DNA of 64,000 nt from assembly GCA_003553905.1 (NCBI GenBank), contig PWEA01000005.1, forward strand, positions 7,915-71,914. Reading direction: 5' to 3'. The position numbers and the translations under genes were made by a program. The notes beneath the pieces are model-generated. The model made no database searches. It saw only the letters and a list, made by a program, of their open reading frames with translations, and was not told where the DNA came from. The stretch is from Candidatus Aenigmatarchaeota archaeon. Its GTDB lineage: Archaea > Aenigmatarchaeota > Aenigmatarchaeia > PWEA01. Within the stretch, counting starts at the first letter, position 1. Each line of letters opens with the position of its first letter. Shown here one piece after another: positions 9,451-18,012 of the stretch.

Positions 9451-10053
9451 TTAGTTTTTCTGTGTTTTTGGGGATATCTCAAGAACAAAGAGTGTTTCCC
9501 ATGGGATCTTTTTCTTTTTAACAACTTCGACCTCGAATCCACCATCGACAAACAAATCCTTTGTATCCCGAAGACCCGTAACCGATGAAATTAAAAGAAG
9601 TATAGTTCCACTTTCGGAGAGATGGTTTTCAACCTCTTTGGAAAAATCTCTAATCACAGATATACCGTCTTCGCCACCGAACCACTGTTCGCTTCCGGGT
9701 ATTTTTTCATCATAACCGTTCCCTGGTAGGTAAGGCGGGTTGAAAACCACAAGATCAAACCTTCCTTCAACTTCCTCGAAAAGATTACTTTGAATAAACC
9801 TGACGTTCTCTATTTTGTTTTTCGATGCATTGTGTTTAGCAAGATTTACCGCTTTATCGTTTATATCTACACCAACAACCTCTTGACACATCTCCGCCGC
9901 AAAAAGTGCAATCAGGCCCGTACCCGTCCCTATATCGAGTACCTTGTAATCATCCGAAATCTTATCCTCCAGAACATTCAGAAGAAGATATGTATCCTCC
10001 CTTGGAACATAGACATCGCTCAATAGATCGATATCAAGACCAAAAAAATCCAT
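9451..10053 (-). CDS. Protein N5-glutamine methyltransferase (HemK/PrmC family, Mtq2-like)
   Basis: SAM motif VLDIGTGTGLIALFAA and the NPPYLPG catalytic motif. 200 aa is typical of archaeal Mtq2. Confidence 0.7.
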   Translation of the reverse strand: MDFFGLDIDLLSDVYVPREDTYLLLNVLEDKISDDYKVLDIGTGTGLIALFAAEMCQEVVGVDINDKAVNLAKHNASKNKIENVRFIQSNLFEEVEGRFDLVVFNPPYLPGNGYDEKIPGSEQWFGGEDGISVIRDFSKEVENHLSESGTILLLISSVTGLRDTKDLFVDGGFEVEVVKKKKIPWETLFVLEISPKTQKN

Positions 10054-10059
10054 ATATAC

Positions 10060-10869
10060 CTACACCCCGGTGGATTCTATTAAAGCGGCAACCACCAGAA
10101 CAACCAGCCCTATACCAAAAAACAAAAAGGAGTCTCCCATTAGCTTCATGGCGTAGGCCTTATCTTCCCACTGTACAACTGACCTCACTTCATGGGAAAG
10201 GAAAAAACCCGAAAGTCCTGCTATTATGTACGCTGAGATTTCGAGAATGCCGTGTGGAAGATATGAAAGAACCATGATGGGCACGTCTACAATCCCTTTT
10301 GAAATTTCTGAAATGAAAACACCAAGTATAGAAGCGTTCCAAACGAGAACAAAAATCATACCTGCAGTAAGAAAAAAGGACAGTATAAAGGTAACAAGAA
10401 AAACTGATAGGTTGTTTGTCAGTATTTCCGTGAAAAAGCCTGGTGAAAATATCCTCCCTGTGGCTACATCCGGTCTTATTGATCCTATAACTTCGTGTTG
10501 GACCTCGAAAGACTCCGGAATAAAGGCATTCGAAACTCCAAAGGCAAGAGAAACACCAAGGAAGAAAATCAGATATATTTCAAGTTCCGATTTATGTCTA
10601 TCGAGTAGATCAAACATGCTACTAGAATCCTTCACTTTCCCTTCTTCAAATATTTCCTGCTCGTCCTCAAGATATTTTATAAGTGGATATGATGCTGCAA
10701 GGGATGTCAAAACTACAGACATAAAACCAGTGAACTCATATCCAGAGACCTTGAAAGGCACGATATACCGGGCGATAATAATAGAAGCAAAGGTGAAAAT
10801 TGTTGAAAGTGCAAAACAAAAGACAAAGTTCCTTTCTCTCTCTTCCCGAATCCAAAGTTTTTCAAGCAT
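10060..10869 (-). CDS. SpoIIM-like / DUF95-family membrane protein
   Basis: Polytopic membrane protein with the LPHGILEISAYIIAG motif characteristic of the DUF95 (stage II sporulation protein M-like) family. Confidence 0.55.
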   Translation of the reverse strand: MLEKLWIREERERNFVFCFALSTIFTFASIIIARYIVPFKVSGYEFTGFMSVVLTSLAASYPLIKYLEDEQEIFEEGKVKDSSSMFDLLDRHKSELEIYLIFFLGVSLAFGVSNAFIPESFEVQHEVIGSIRPDVATGRIFSPGFFTEILTNNLSVFLVTFILSFFLTAGMIFVLVWNASILGVFISEISKGIVDVPIMVLSYLPHGILEISAYIIAGLSGFFLSHEVRSVVQWEDKAYAMKLMGDSFLFFGIGLVVLVVAALIESTGV

Positions 10870-10872
10870 AGG

Positions 10873-11127
10873 CTACTCCCCCAAATCTATTTTTTCCTCA
10901 ACCCCGAGTCTTTTTATCTTGCCGTTTTTAGAAAGAACAACGGTTAGGGTTGCCCTATCTACGGCACACTTCTTCATATTGAAGACCTCTCCACAACTGT
11001 AACATTCAACGTCAGAAGCCATATCAATTCCATACCATCCCGACTCTGCAACAGGAGTACTGCACTCGGGACAAACAGCTACAGCCATATCAAAAAAAGT
11101 TATTTTCTCAGATTCTGATTTAGACAT
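10873..11127 (-). CDS. Small zinc-ribbon protein
   Basis: CPECS...CYSCGE: two CxxC pairs in 84 aa. Confidence 0.4.
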   Translation of the reverse strand: MSKSESEKITFFDMAVAVCPECSTPVAESGWYGIDMASDVECYSCGEVFNMKKCAVDRATLTVVLSKNGKIKRLGVEEKIDLGE

Positions 11128-11130
11128 ACT

Positions 11131-11739
11131 TTATTCCCCGATGAAAGCATTTACCTTTTCTATTATCATTTTCTTTGTATCTTCCAGAGATCCGCTATTA
11201 TCAACAACTACGTTATAATATTTTTTATCTCTGACATCTATACCATACTTTTCCTTGTATGTTTTAATATCTTGTGAGTTCCTTCTCTCCAGTCTCTCAT
11301 CTGCCTCATCAGGTGTCATTTTTTCCCTTTCAGCCAGTCTTTCTACTACAACGTCTCTAGAACACTCGACAAGGATCCTAACCTCTGCTATGTCGCACAA
11401 CAACGCTCCTGTAAGTCTTCCCTCGATAACAACATCATCCTTCGTAAAAGCCAGTCCGAGCACCCGTCTGTCCCACATAAGATCCGGATCTGGACCAACA
11501 TCAGGATTTCTATATTTGTCAAAGAAATCAGGAAGATCTAGGTCCTTTTCTTCTGCCTTCCTGCGAAAAAATGTTCCTGAAGAAATCAGATCCATTCCAA
11601 GTTCATCGGAAAGAATCTCTGCAACAGTGCTACTACCAACCCCAACCAGTCCAGAAACTGTAACTACCCTTTCTGAAGATGGACCATGCTCATCTCTAAG
11701 CTTAGTCTCGTACTCTTTGAGCCTTTCAACACACGTCAC
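11131..11739 (-). CDS. cmk: Archaeal-type cytidylate kinase-like protein with degenerate P-loop
   Basis: The architecture ISSGTFFRRKAEE..DRRV..DDVVIEGRLTGAL matches archaeal CMP kinases. The P-loop reads GLVGVGSST instead of GxxGxGKTT, so the lysine is absent. Confidence 0.5.
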   Translation of the reverse strand: MTCVERLKEYETKLRDEHGPSSERVVTVSGLVGVGSSTVAEILSDELGMDLISSGTFFRRKAEEKDLDLPDFFDKYRNPDVGPDPDLMWDRRVLGLAFTKDDVVIEGRLTGALLCDIAEVRILVECSRDVVVERLAEREKMTPDEADERLERRNSQDIKTYKEKYGIDVRDKKYYNVVVDNSGSLEDTKKMIIEKVNAFIGE

Positions 11740-11846
11740 GGTCTACCACAGTATATTTCATGTTCCGATAGTATAAAAATAGGCCTTCGGAAAGTTTTAA
11801 ATAAATACTCGATGAATAATTTTGATACTTAAGGAGGTAGATTTCA

Positions 11847-12035
11847 TTGATAATAACGTTAAGGGATCTTGCAAAGTGCAAAAGATGTGGATCCTCAAAC
11901 ACAATTGCTGAGATGGTTATTCCTTCAAGGGACTTGGATAAACTAAGGGGTAGCGCTGAAGAAGAAATAGTAGAGATATCATGCAAAAGCTGTGGAAAAA
12001 TTGATAGAAGAGATCAAAAGATAGAGATAGAATAG
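11847..12035 (+). CDS. Small zinc-ribbon protein
   Basis: 62 aa with CKRCGS...CKSCGK. Confidence 0.35.
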   Translation: MIITLRDLAKCKRCGSSNTIAEMVIPSRDLDKLRGSAEEEIVEISCKSCGKIDRRDQKIEIE

Positions 12036-12057
12036 TTAATCGTGGATATTCGTAGGT

Positions 12058-13311
12058 GTGGAAATGAAAAGCATAGAAATTAAAGAACCAGATGTAGTTG
12101 TAAGTGAATTTCCATCACACCCGGAGCACAGTGACTGGGGCCCAAAGGAGTCTGTTGTTTATAATACGAGAATATCAGGCGATCCCAAAGGACGTTCTGC
12201 GATTGAAATATGGAAAAACAAAAAAGAATCCATGGGAAAAAAGGAGCTGTTGGAAGAGGAGGAAGGCTTTCTGGAATTTCTAGCAGAGAGGGGACACATA
12301 TCTGCATTCTACAGGACCAACGTGGGAATAACCTACAAAGTCCCAAGGCATACGACACTTTTTTTCTGCTCCTTCGATCATCCAAAATATATGCAGCAGT
12401 CACAGAGGTATACAAAGGCTAAAGAGTTCATAAGCTTGATAGATTCCACTGAAGCTAAAGAGATGTTCTCAAAACAGTCACAGTTATATAACAAGATGAT
12501 AGAAAACAAGTCCATACCAAAGGAAGATGCTAGATATATACTTCCGCTAGGCACAGCAGCAACACATCTACATCAAAACACAAACATAGCAGGACTTATG
12601 AATATATACCGCGTCCTTAGATCCAATGGATCCGAGGTACCTGATATGACTGAAGATATATTCAAAGACTGTATAGGAAAACTTGAGGAGCTGGAACCCA
12701 GTCTTTTCAATGAAAAAATAATGAACCTGCTCATGGGTGCAGATAAGGGATACCCTGTTGCTAACATGTTCTCACAAAAAAATGAATGGGTCGATAAGGC
12801 ACTAAAGAATCACAGGTCCTGTGATGTAGTATCACGTTTCACATACGAAGTAACAGAAAAACTGAAAAACAAAGCAGATGGGTTCAACGATGAAGCATTG
12901 AGTTTTCTAAACCTGAATAATAGTCCTCTGAAAGTCGAAGGCTATGTTACAACCATGTCGATATCAGCCTGGCACCAGTTTATGAGAAATGACACTGTAA
13001 AGAACTCCGTAGAATCCATATACAGTGCAGCAGATAGAGGGAAGATGGTTATACCACCAAAAATCAAAGATTCGGAATTTGAAGAGGATTATATAGATAT
13101 TTTCGAGGAGTCTTTGAAACTATACGAATCATTGAAAAAACAGAATGGGAGAAGCACTGCGATCGAAGTCCTACCACACGGTCTTGGTATAGGTGTAGCA
13201 TTCGGTCTTGATGGCTTCAACAGGATCAAAGGATTTTTACCGGACAGAACACAAGAAGCTGCGCAGTGGGAAATAAGAGCCATAGCAAGAAAAGTAGCAA
13301 AAGAGCTTTAG
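12058..13311 (+). CDS. ThyX (Thy1-domain, flavin-dependent thymidylate synthase)-like protein with large insertion
   Basis: Blocks match ThyX: ERGHISAF (cf. HGHETPFEH), FDHPKYMQQSQRY (cf. RHRIASYNELSGRY), EDARYILPLGTAATHLHQNTNIAGLMNIYRVLRS (cf. [32 protein letters not shown]), and C-terminal AAQWEIRAIA (cf. HAQWEIQQYALAI). A ~200-aa insertion separates the last two blocks. Confidence 0.5.
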   Translation: MEMKSIEIKEPDVVVSEFPSHPEHSDWGPKESVVYNTRISGDPKGRSAIEIWKNKKESMGKKELLEEEEGFLEFLAERGHISAFYRTNVGITYKVPRHTTLFFCSFDHPKYMQQSQRYTKAKEFISLIDSTEAKEMFSKQSQLYNKMIENKSIPKEDARYILPLGTAATHLHQNTNIAGLMNIYRVLRSNGSEVPDMTEDIFKDCIGKLEELEPSLFNEKIMNLLMGADKGYPVANMFSQKNEWVDKALKNHRSCDVVSRFTYEVTEKLKNKADGFNDEALSFLNLNNSPLKVEGYVTTMSISAWHQFMRNDTVKNSVESIYSAADRGKMVIPPKIKDSEFEEDYIDIFEESLKLYESLKKQNGRSTAIEVLPHGLGIGVAFGLDGFNRIKGFLPDRTQEAAQWEIRAIARKVAKEL

Positions 13312-13321
13312 AAAAATATTT

Positions 13322-13804
13322 TTAATCCAATAAGAAGCTATCGTCCTTGAACTGATTAAACTTCCTATCGGGCTCTTCTTTTTTGAGTATAGCATCCGAA
13401 ATATCTTCACGGAGCTTGTTCAAACTTTTGTAATATTTTCCTACTTCCGGAACACCTTTAGATGGATTCTCTTGATTATCAAGAAAACCATCAGGAAGGT
13501 TTTCAAAGGCCTTGTTGTAGTCAAGCAGATCTTTATCGATCTGTATTTCGTCGTGACCCACTCTCTTGCCTCTAAAGGGTATCTCATAACAGGAAACCTC
13601 CACACTACTTTCTTTGTGTTGTCTTAGCTCAACGTTCCATCTTTCTGCATCTCTGTATATTATAACTCCTTGATCTCTGCTTGGATTTGTAGCATACACC
13701 TCTGCTAAAAAACTATCCGTGTCCGTGTCACTATACTGCTTCTCCAAACCCTTCTTTACTGCATCATCAACATCTTTCCTCATAGATCCAAGTCCCTGTG
13801 TCAT
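13322..13804 (-). CDS. Hypothetical protein
   Basis: The ORF in the track runs to 14164, but its upstream 120 codons are low-complexity and overlap the next gene. Internal ATG at 13804..13802 (MTQGLGSMRK..) gives a compact 161-aa protein. Confidence 0.45.
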   Translation of the reverse strand: MTQGLGSMRKDVDDAVKKGLEKQYSDTDTDSFLAEVYATNPSRDQGVIIYRDAERWNVELRQHKESSVEVSCYEIPFRGKRVGHDEIQIDKDLLDYNKAFENLPDGFLDNQENPSKGVPEVGKYYKSLNKLREDISDAILKKEEPDRKFNQFKDDSFLLD

Positions 13805-13903
13805 TTTAATTACCCCATAGTAATAATTTATAATAAAATATTTATATATCCCACACAGAATTGAAGACTTAAATCCATAGAAAAGGAAATTTTTCTGGGT
13901 AGG

Positions 13904-14962
13904 ATGACAGATAAAGCAAAACATATTGACTGGGGAGTTTTCGACGTAAACCAAGGCCTCGATCACGCGGCCGCCTCTGAAATTGTCTATGTAATAAACA
14001 ACTATAGACCCGTAGAAAAAACGTTTGCCTATGCAGCTAAAAACAGAGAGTATAGAGATATCCTTCGTCGTGCAGGTGAAGTTGATCGGGATATAGAAAA
14101 AGAAATAGGAAAATCTTACAACCCAGAAAAAAGTATTCTTGACAAAATACGTTATAAAACACACAGATTTGTCAGCGGACTTTTCGATTCTTATACAGAC
14201 GATGTCTTCTCAATGTTAATGAAAAAGAGGCCATATAAAAAGGGTGCTGTGATGAATACTGTATGTGAAAGTGCTGTGGAAAGTTTTGATGAAAACCCTG
14301 AAATATACAGAGACATGATCGAGGATCAGTATGTGGATTCAAAAAAAGTATCTCATATAGCACTCGGGATTGATGAAGAAACGGACAAGAAGACCTTGGA
14401 ACTTCTAAAAGAGCCAGAAACCAAAAAACTTATGGACGACTATAAAAAATACACAACTCCATCCGTCCTAGACGTAAGACTGCTTTCCATCGAGCCAGAA
14501 AGATCATTTGAAAGACTTGAACAGATAGAAGTCATAAACAAAGAAATAGTAGAAGAAGGATATAATATGGATCCGATGTTGAAGTCCGTTCCAATGATGA
14601 CATACAAGGCCTTTGAACTTGAAATCGATGAAATACAGAACTTTGTAAAAAATACAAGCTCTATGGACAAGTTTGTCCGAAATCTAGACAAATTTCTTCT
14701 GGAAAGTGATGAGAAAAGGGCAGATTTAGCCATCGAAAGCGCAACAAAGCTTATTTCAGAAGACCTGGACACATACGATAAAAAATCAATCAAAATGGCT
14801 TCTACGGCCTTGCCCTATGATATGGATAAAGTAACTGAAATGATGTATGATAAATACAAAAACCCCACGAAATACTCAAAGAAAGAAGAGTTATCGGAAA
14901 TGGATTGGAGAGGAACCGTGGAAAAAATAACAAAGGACAACGAACATCCACGGGTTTTTTAG
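13904..14962 (+). CDS. Hypothetical protein
   Basis: 352-aa ORF with coding-like composition and no recognisable motif. Confidence 0.5.
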   Translation: MTDKAKHIDWGVFDVNQGLDHAAASEIVYVINNYRPVEKTFAYAAKNREYRDILRRAGEVDRDIEKEIGKSYNPEKSILDKIRYKTHRFVSGLFDSYTDDVFSMLMKKRPYKKGAVMNTVCESAVESFDENPEIYRDMIEDQYVDSKKVSHIALGIDEETDKKTLELLKEPETKKLMDDYKKYTTPSVLDVRLLSIEPERSFERLEQIEVINKEIVEEGYNMDPMLKSVPMMTYKAFELEIDEIQNFVKNTSSMDKFVRNLDKFLLESDEKRADLAIESATKLISEDLDTYDKKSIKMASTALPYDMDKVTEMMYDKYKNPTKYSKKEELSEMDWRGTVEKITKDNEHPRVF

Positions 14963-15015
14963 AACTGAACCCTATGAAACCAAAGTATAAATTTTTTTCG
15001 TGTTAGTTTACTACT

Positions 15016-15210
15016 ATGTCAAGCATAAGTGAAGAGAGTAGTCTGTTTTACACTCAAATAGAAAAAGAATGTGAAGATATAGAAAAAGATCTCAAAAAAC
15101 TAAAAGAAAGGCTGTACTCTGTAGGACACAAACTGGACAGCTTTGACATCTATTTTGAAGATATGAAGGAAATTTCGGAGGAAATAAACGAAAAACTGAA
15201 GAAGATATAG
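15016..15210 (+). CDS. Small coiled-coil protein
   Basis: 64-aa K/E-rich heptad-like sequence. Confidence 0.3.
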   Translation: MSSISEESSLFYTQIEKECEDIEKDLKKLKERLYSVGHKLDSFDIYFEDMKEISEEINEKLKKI

Positions 15211-15220
15211 ACCGATAAAA

Positions 15221-15637
15221 CTAACTACCTGATTCATCCAGTTTCCTATTACACAGAAAGTCCGCCCTGCCTATCATTTTATGTTCGCGGTTTCTGTGAA
15301 CAAAACTTACCTTATCAAAAAAACGAGTAAGTCTTTTCACCTTCCTGTACAATGGTTTTATATTACTGCTTTTGACTCTCCATTCCCCTTGAAGTTGTTT
15401 AACCAAAAGATTGCTATCTGAGTTTACTTGAAGATCGCCATCTGTGTACTCCTTTGCCATTTCCAATGCATTTATAACAGCAGTGTACTCTGCCTGGTTG
15501 TTTGTTTTCTTCCCGAGGTACTCTGATCGTTCCTGAAGAACTGTCCCTTCTCCATCGGTAATAATAAAGGCTGCCGACGCAGGACCGGGATTACCGCGTG
15601 AAGCACCATCTGTATAAACTTTCAACTCATCTGACAT
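15221..15637 (-). CDS. rnhA: Ribonuclease HI
   Basis: YTDGASRGNPGPA at the N-terminus (the DEDD-fold first Asp motif) and TNNQAEY. 138 aa. Confidence 0.8.
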   Translation of the reverse strand: MSDELKVYTDGASRGNPGPASAAFIITDGEGTVLQERSEYLGKKTNNQAEYTAVINALEMAKEYTDGDLQVNSDSNLLVKQLQGEWRVKSSNIKPLYRKVKRLTRFFDKVSFVHRNREHKMIGRADFLCNRKLDESGS

Positions 15638-16085
15638 ATTTTTTCATCTCCTCTGCAAACTTTTTCGCATTATCCAAATCACTTTCGTTCGGCCTGCTCA
15701 TGTGAAGTCCTCCAAAAAACTTCAAGGGACCGTATCTGTCGCTCCCACGACATGTGAATGATCCAAGAAACTCAAAGCCGTTTTCCTTCAGTCTTTTCCT
15801 CATTTTTTCTTCATAGTTGTGGACAAAAGGCAGTGGTCTGAAACCACTTGTAGAAAGTAGAAAAGCTCGCTTTCCGTCGCCGTCTGTGTTATCTACGAAA
15901 TCCTTGATGCTTCTGTGAAAATCACCGTAGTATACACCAGAAGCAAAACCAATGAGATTATACTTATCTAGATTTTCTACTTCATTAGGTTCTTTAATCT
16001 CACAACCAATCACATCGGAAACAGCTTCAGCTACCTTTTTTGTATTTCCCATGTGGATAGACTTGTATATTATAAGAGAGTCCAT
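15627..16085 (-). CDS. Flavodoxin-like protein
   Basis: IIYKSIHMGNTKKVAEAV N-terminal FMN-binding loop pattern. 152 aa. Confidence 0.6.
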   Translation of the reverse strand: MDSLIIYKSIHMGNTKKVAEAVSDVIGCEIKEPNEVENLDKYNLIGFASGVYYGDFHRSIKDFVDNTDGDGKRAFLLSTSGFRPLPFVHNYEEKMRKRLKENGFEFLGSFTCRGSDRYGPLKFFGGLHMSRPNESDLDNAKKFAEEMKKYVR

Positions 16086-16092
16086 GGTATCA

Positions 16093-16911
16093 TCAACAGA
16101 GATTTGAAAGTGAATGCAATATGGTCTTCGCAGCTAGATGTGCTGTCCTGTTGTTAAGCCTCTTTGAAGCTACCTCACATAAATCCATACCAACGACTTC
16201 CTTCTCAAAAACAACATCTATAAGACTGAAAACCTCACGTGGACTCATGCCATCTTCCTCCGGGAAACCCACGTCGGGGGCAAACGATGGATCAAATACA
16301 TCCATATCCACTGTCAGATATATCGGACCCTTTGCCTCCCTTATATCTTTCTTCACACCGTCTTCGTCCATATAACTTTTACCTGTTTCCTGATCCTCCG
16401 TATAGCTTCTACATCCAACTCGGATAACCTCTGTGTCGTCTTCACTTACATTCGAAGCCCATGTATTATGTGAAAACTTGTTGCCTTGGTAGTCTTTGGC
16501 CATATCAAGATGTGCATCCATCTGGACAACGGTACTAGGTTCAAGTTCCTGAACGATTGGAAGGGTTATAGAATGTTCTCCTCCTATGAAAACGAAGAAT
16601 ATATCAGAGTTTTCATCCAAAATATCACAAACTGTATCCTTTATCCTCTCGGACGTCTTGTCAAAACACCCAGGTACCCATTCAATATCACCTATATCAG
16701 ATATCTTCAAATCTTTCAAGGGATTTTTCTTTTTGTCGGGCACATAACTCACCTTTGTTTTTAGGGCCTGTCGAACTGTAACTGGTCCAAATCTCTGGTT
16801 TCCCTCTGCAAGGGCGGTGGAATCAAATGGGATTCCAAGAAAACATACATCGGCCTCGTCTAATGGATATCTTGCTGTAAACGAACTTCGTGTATAAAGC
16901 ATATCATTCAT
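16093..16911 (-). CDS. speB: Agmatinase (arginase/ureohydrolase family)
   Basis: GGEHSITLPIV, DAHLD and DMDVFDPSFAPDVG manganese-binding motifs. Confidence 0.8.
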   Translation of the reverse strand: MNDMLYTRSSFTARYPLDEADVCFLGIPFDSTALAEGNQRFGPVTVRQALKTKVSYVPDKKKNPLKDLKISDIGDIEWVPGCFDKTSERIKDTVCDILDENSDIFFVFIGGEHSITLPIVQELEPSTVVQMDAHLDMAKDYQGNKFSHNTWASNVSEDDTEVIRVGCRSYTEDQETGKSYMDEDGVKKDIREAKGPIYLTVDMDVFDPSFAPDVGFPEEDGMSPREVFSLIDVVFEKEVVGMDLCEVASKRLNNRTAHLAAKTILHSLSNLC

Positions 16912-16962
16912 TTTATTACCCGGAGAACTGTTTAAACGGAAGGTTAATAACTTTTACGCAGC

Positions 16963-17277
16963 TCAGTCAGATGTAAGACTTTTCAGAAATTTTACGTACT
17001 CCTTTGAATCTTCTAATGCATGTTTTCTGTCTTCTATCATCTCTTCCTGAGAAGAAAATCCATTTCCCTCGAGGCTAACACCGACATCATCCACCTCTAT
17101 TTTTACCTTGTATGACTTCTCTTCATCCTTCTCAAATTCCGAGAAACTGTCTCCATAGATCACGCCTTTGACACAGTTGCGTATATACTCACTTCTGTTC
17201 ATGCCAAGTAACTCTGCCCTTTGATCTATATCATTCTCAAAGTCCTTCCCTAGACGAAGACTTATCTTATTTCCCAT
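16963..17277 (-). CDS. Ribbon-helix-helix (CopG-like) DNA-binding protein
   Basis: N-terminal ISLRLGKDFENDIDQRAELLGMNRSEYIRNCV fits the RHH beta-alpha-alpha pattern. Confidence 0.5.
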   Translation of the reverse strand: MGNKISLRLGKDFENDIDQRAELLGMNRSEYIRNCVKGVIYGDSFSEFEKDEEKSYKVKIEVDDVGVSLEGNGFSSQEEMIEDRKHALEDSKEYVKFLKSLTSD

Positions 17278-17350
17278 AAACCAACAAATAAAAACTAAAG
17301 CTTAAATTAGTTTCCTTTAGAAAAAGAAATAAGAAAGGGGTCGAGGCTTG

Positions 17351-17743
17351 CTACTTCTTTTCCTTGAGAAGTTTGTCACCCATGACCTCCCAATATTCTA
17401 CTTCATCTCCTTCGCCTAAATCACAGCTGTAGTCGTCTGGAATAGCCATTTCAAATGTATCGTAGGTTTCGAGGTCCATCAGTTGAACAGAATCACTTTT
17501 TATCGAAATGACCTGACCAACCTTCTTGTCTATTATTGGTACTTTGATCTTTGCATCAGAAGGTTTTACGATCTGCCTTTTCTTTCCGTCCACAATTCCC
17601 TTTGTTCTCAGTCTGACTTTTGTTGAGCCATGTTTCCCAGCAGAAGAAGTTTTTCTCTTTGTTGCTACACAAGGCTCTCCTTCTATAACTATGTAGTCGC
17701 CTTCCTTTACATTCTTTATCTGGTCTTGTTTCGTTGGCATCAC
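17351..17743 (-). CDS. eif5a: Translation initiation factor 5A (aIF5A)
   Basis: TSSAGKHGSTKVRL hypusine loop (GKHG) and an OB-fold C-terminus. 130 aa. Confidence 0.85.
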   Translation of the reverse strand: MMPTKQDQIKNVKEGDYIVIEGEPCVATKRKTSSAGKHGSTKVRLRTKGIVDGKKRQIVKPSDAKIKVPIIDKKVGQVISIKSDSVQLMDLETYDTFEMAIPDDYSCDLGEGDEVEYWEVMGDKLLKEKK

Positions 17744-17746
17744 TTA

Positions 17747-17947
17747 TTACCTCGTTACCAGGTCAACATCCTCTTTCTTTACTGTAACTCTTCCTGCGTG
17801 TTTTGTGGCAGTTACTGCATCCTTAGCAAGATCCTCTGCTATGTCCTCAACAACGTCCCTAAGCTCTTTCACAGCTTCTTCGGAAACTCTATCGGCTCCA
17901 GAGTTCTTTGCAATCCTTTTCAGCGGCGCAAGTGGTAATTCACCCAT
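17747..17947 (-). CDS. Archaeal histone (HMf-like)
   Basis: 66 aa with ELPLAPLKRIAKNSGADRVSEEAV..AEDLAKDAVTATKHAGRVTVKKEDV, a typical histone-fold sequence. Confidence 0.85.
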   Translation of the reverse strand: MGELPLAPLKRIAKNSGADRVSEEAVKELRDVVEDIAEDLAKDAVTATKHAGRVTVKKEDVDLVTR

Positions 17948-18012
17948 GTTTTCACCTCTTTGTATTGTTTTGAAAGAAAACCTTAAAAAACTTAACTATA
18001 AACCAACGGTAG

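Noticed and set aside
13805-14164. Upstream 120 codons of the 280-aa ORF in the track (13322..14164 minus)
   Set aside because: The extension is F/Y/I-rich low-complexity, lies in the A/T-rich intergenic region and overlaps the divergent gene starting at 13904. The internal ATG at 13804 gives a compact gene.
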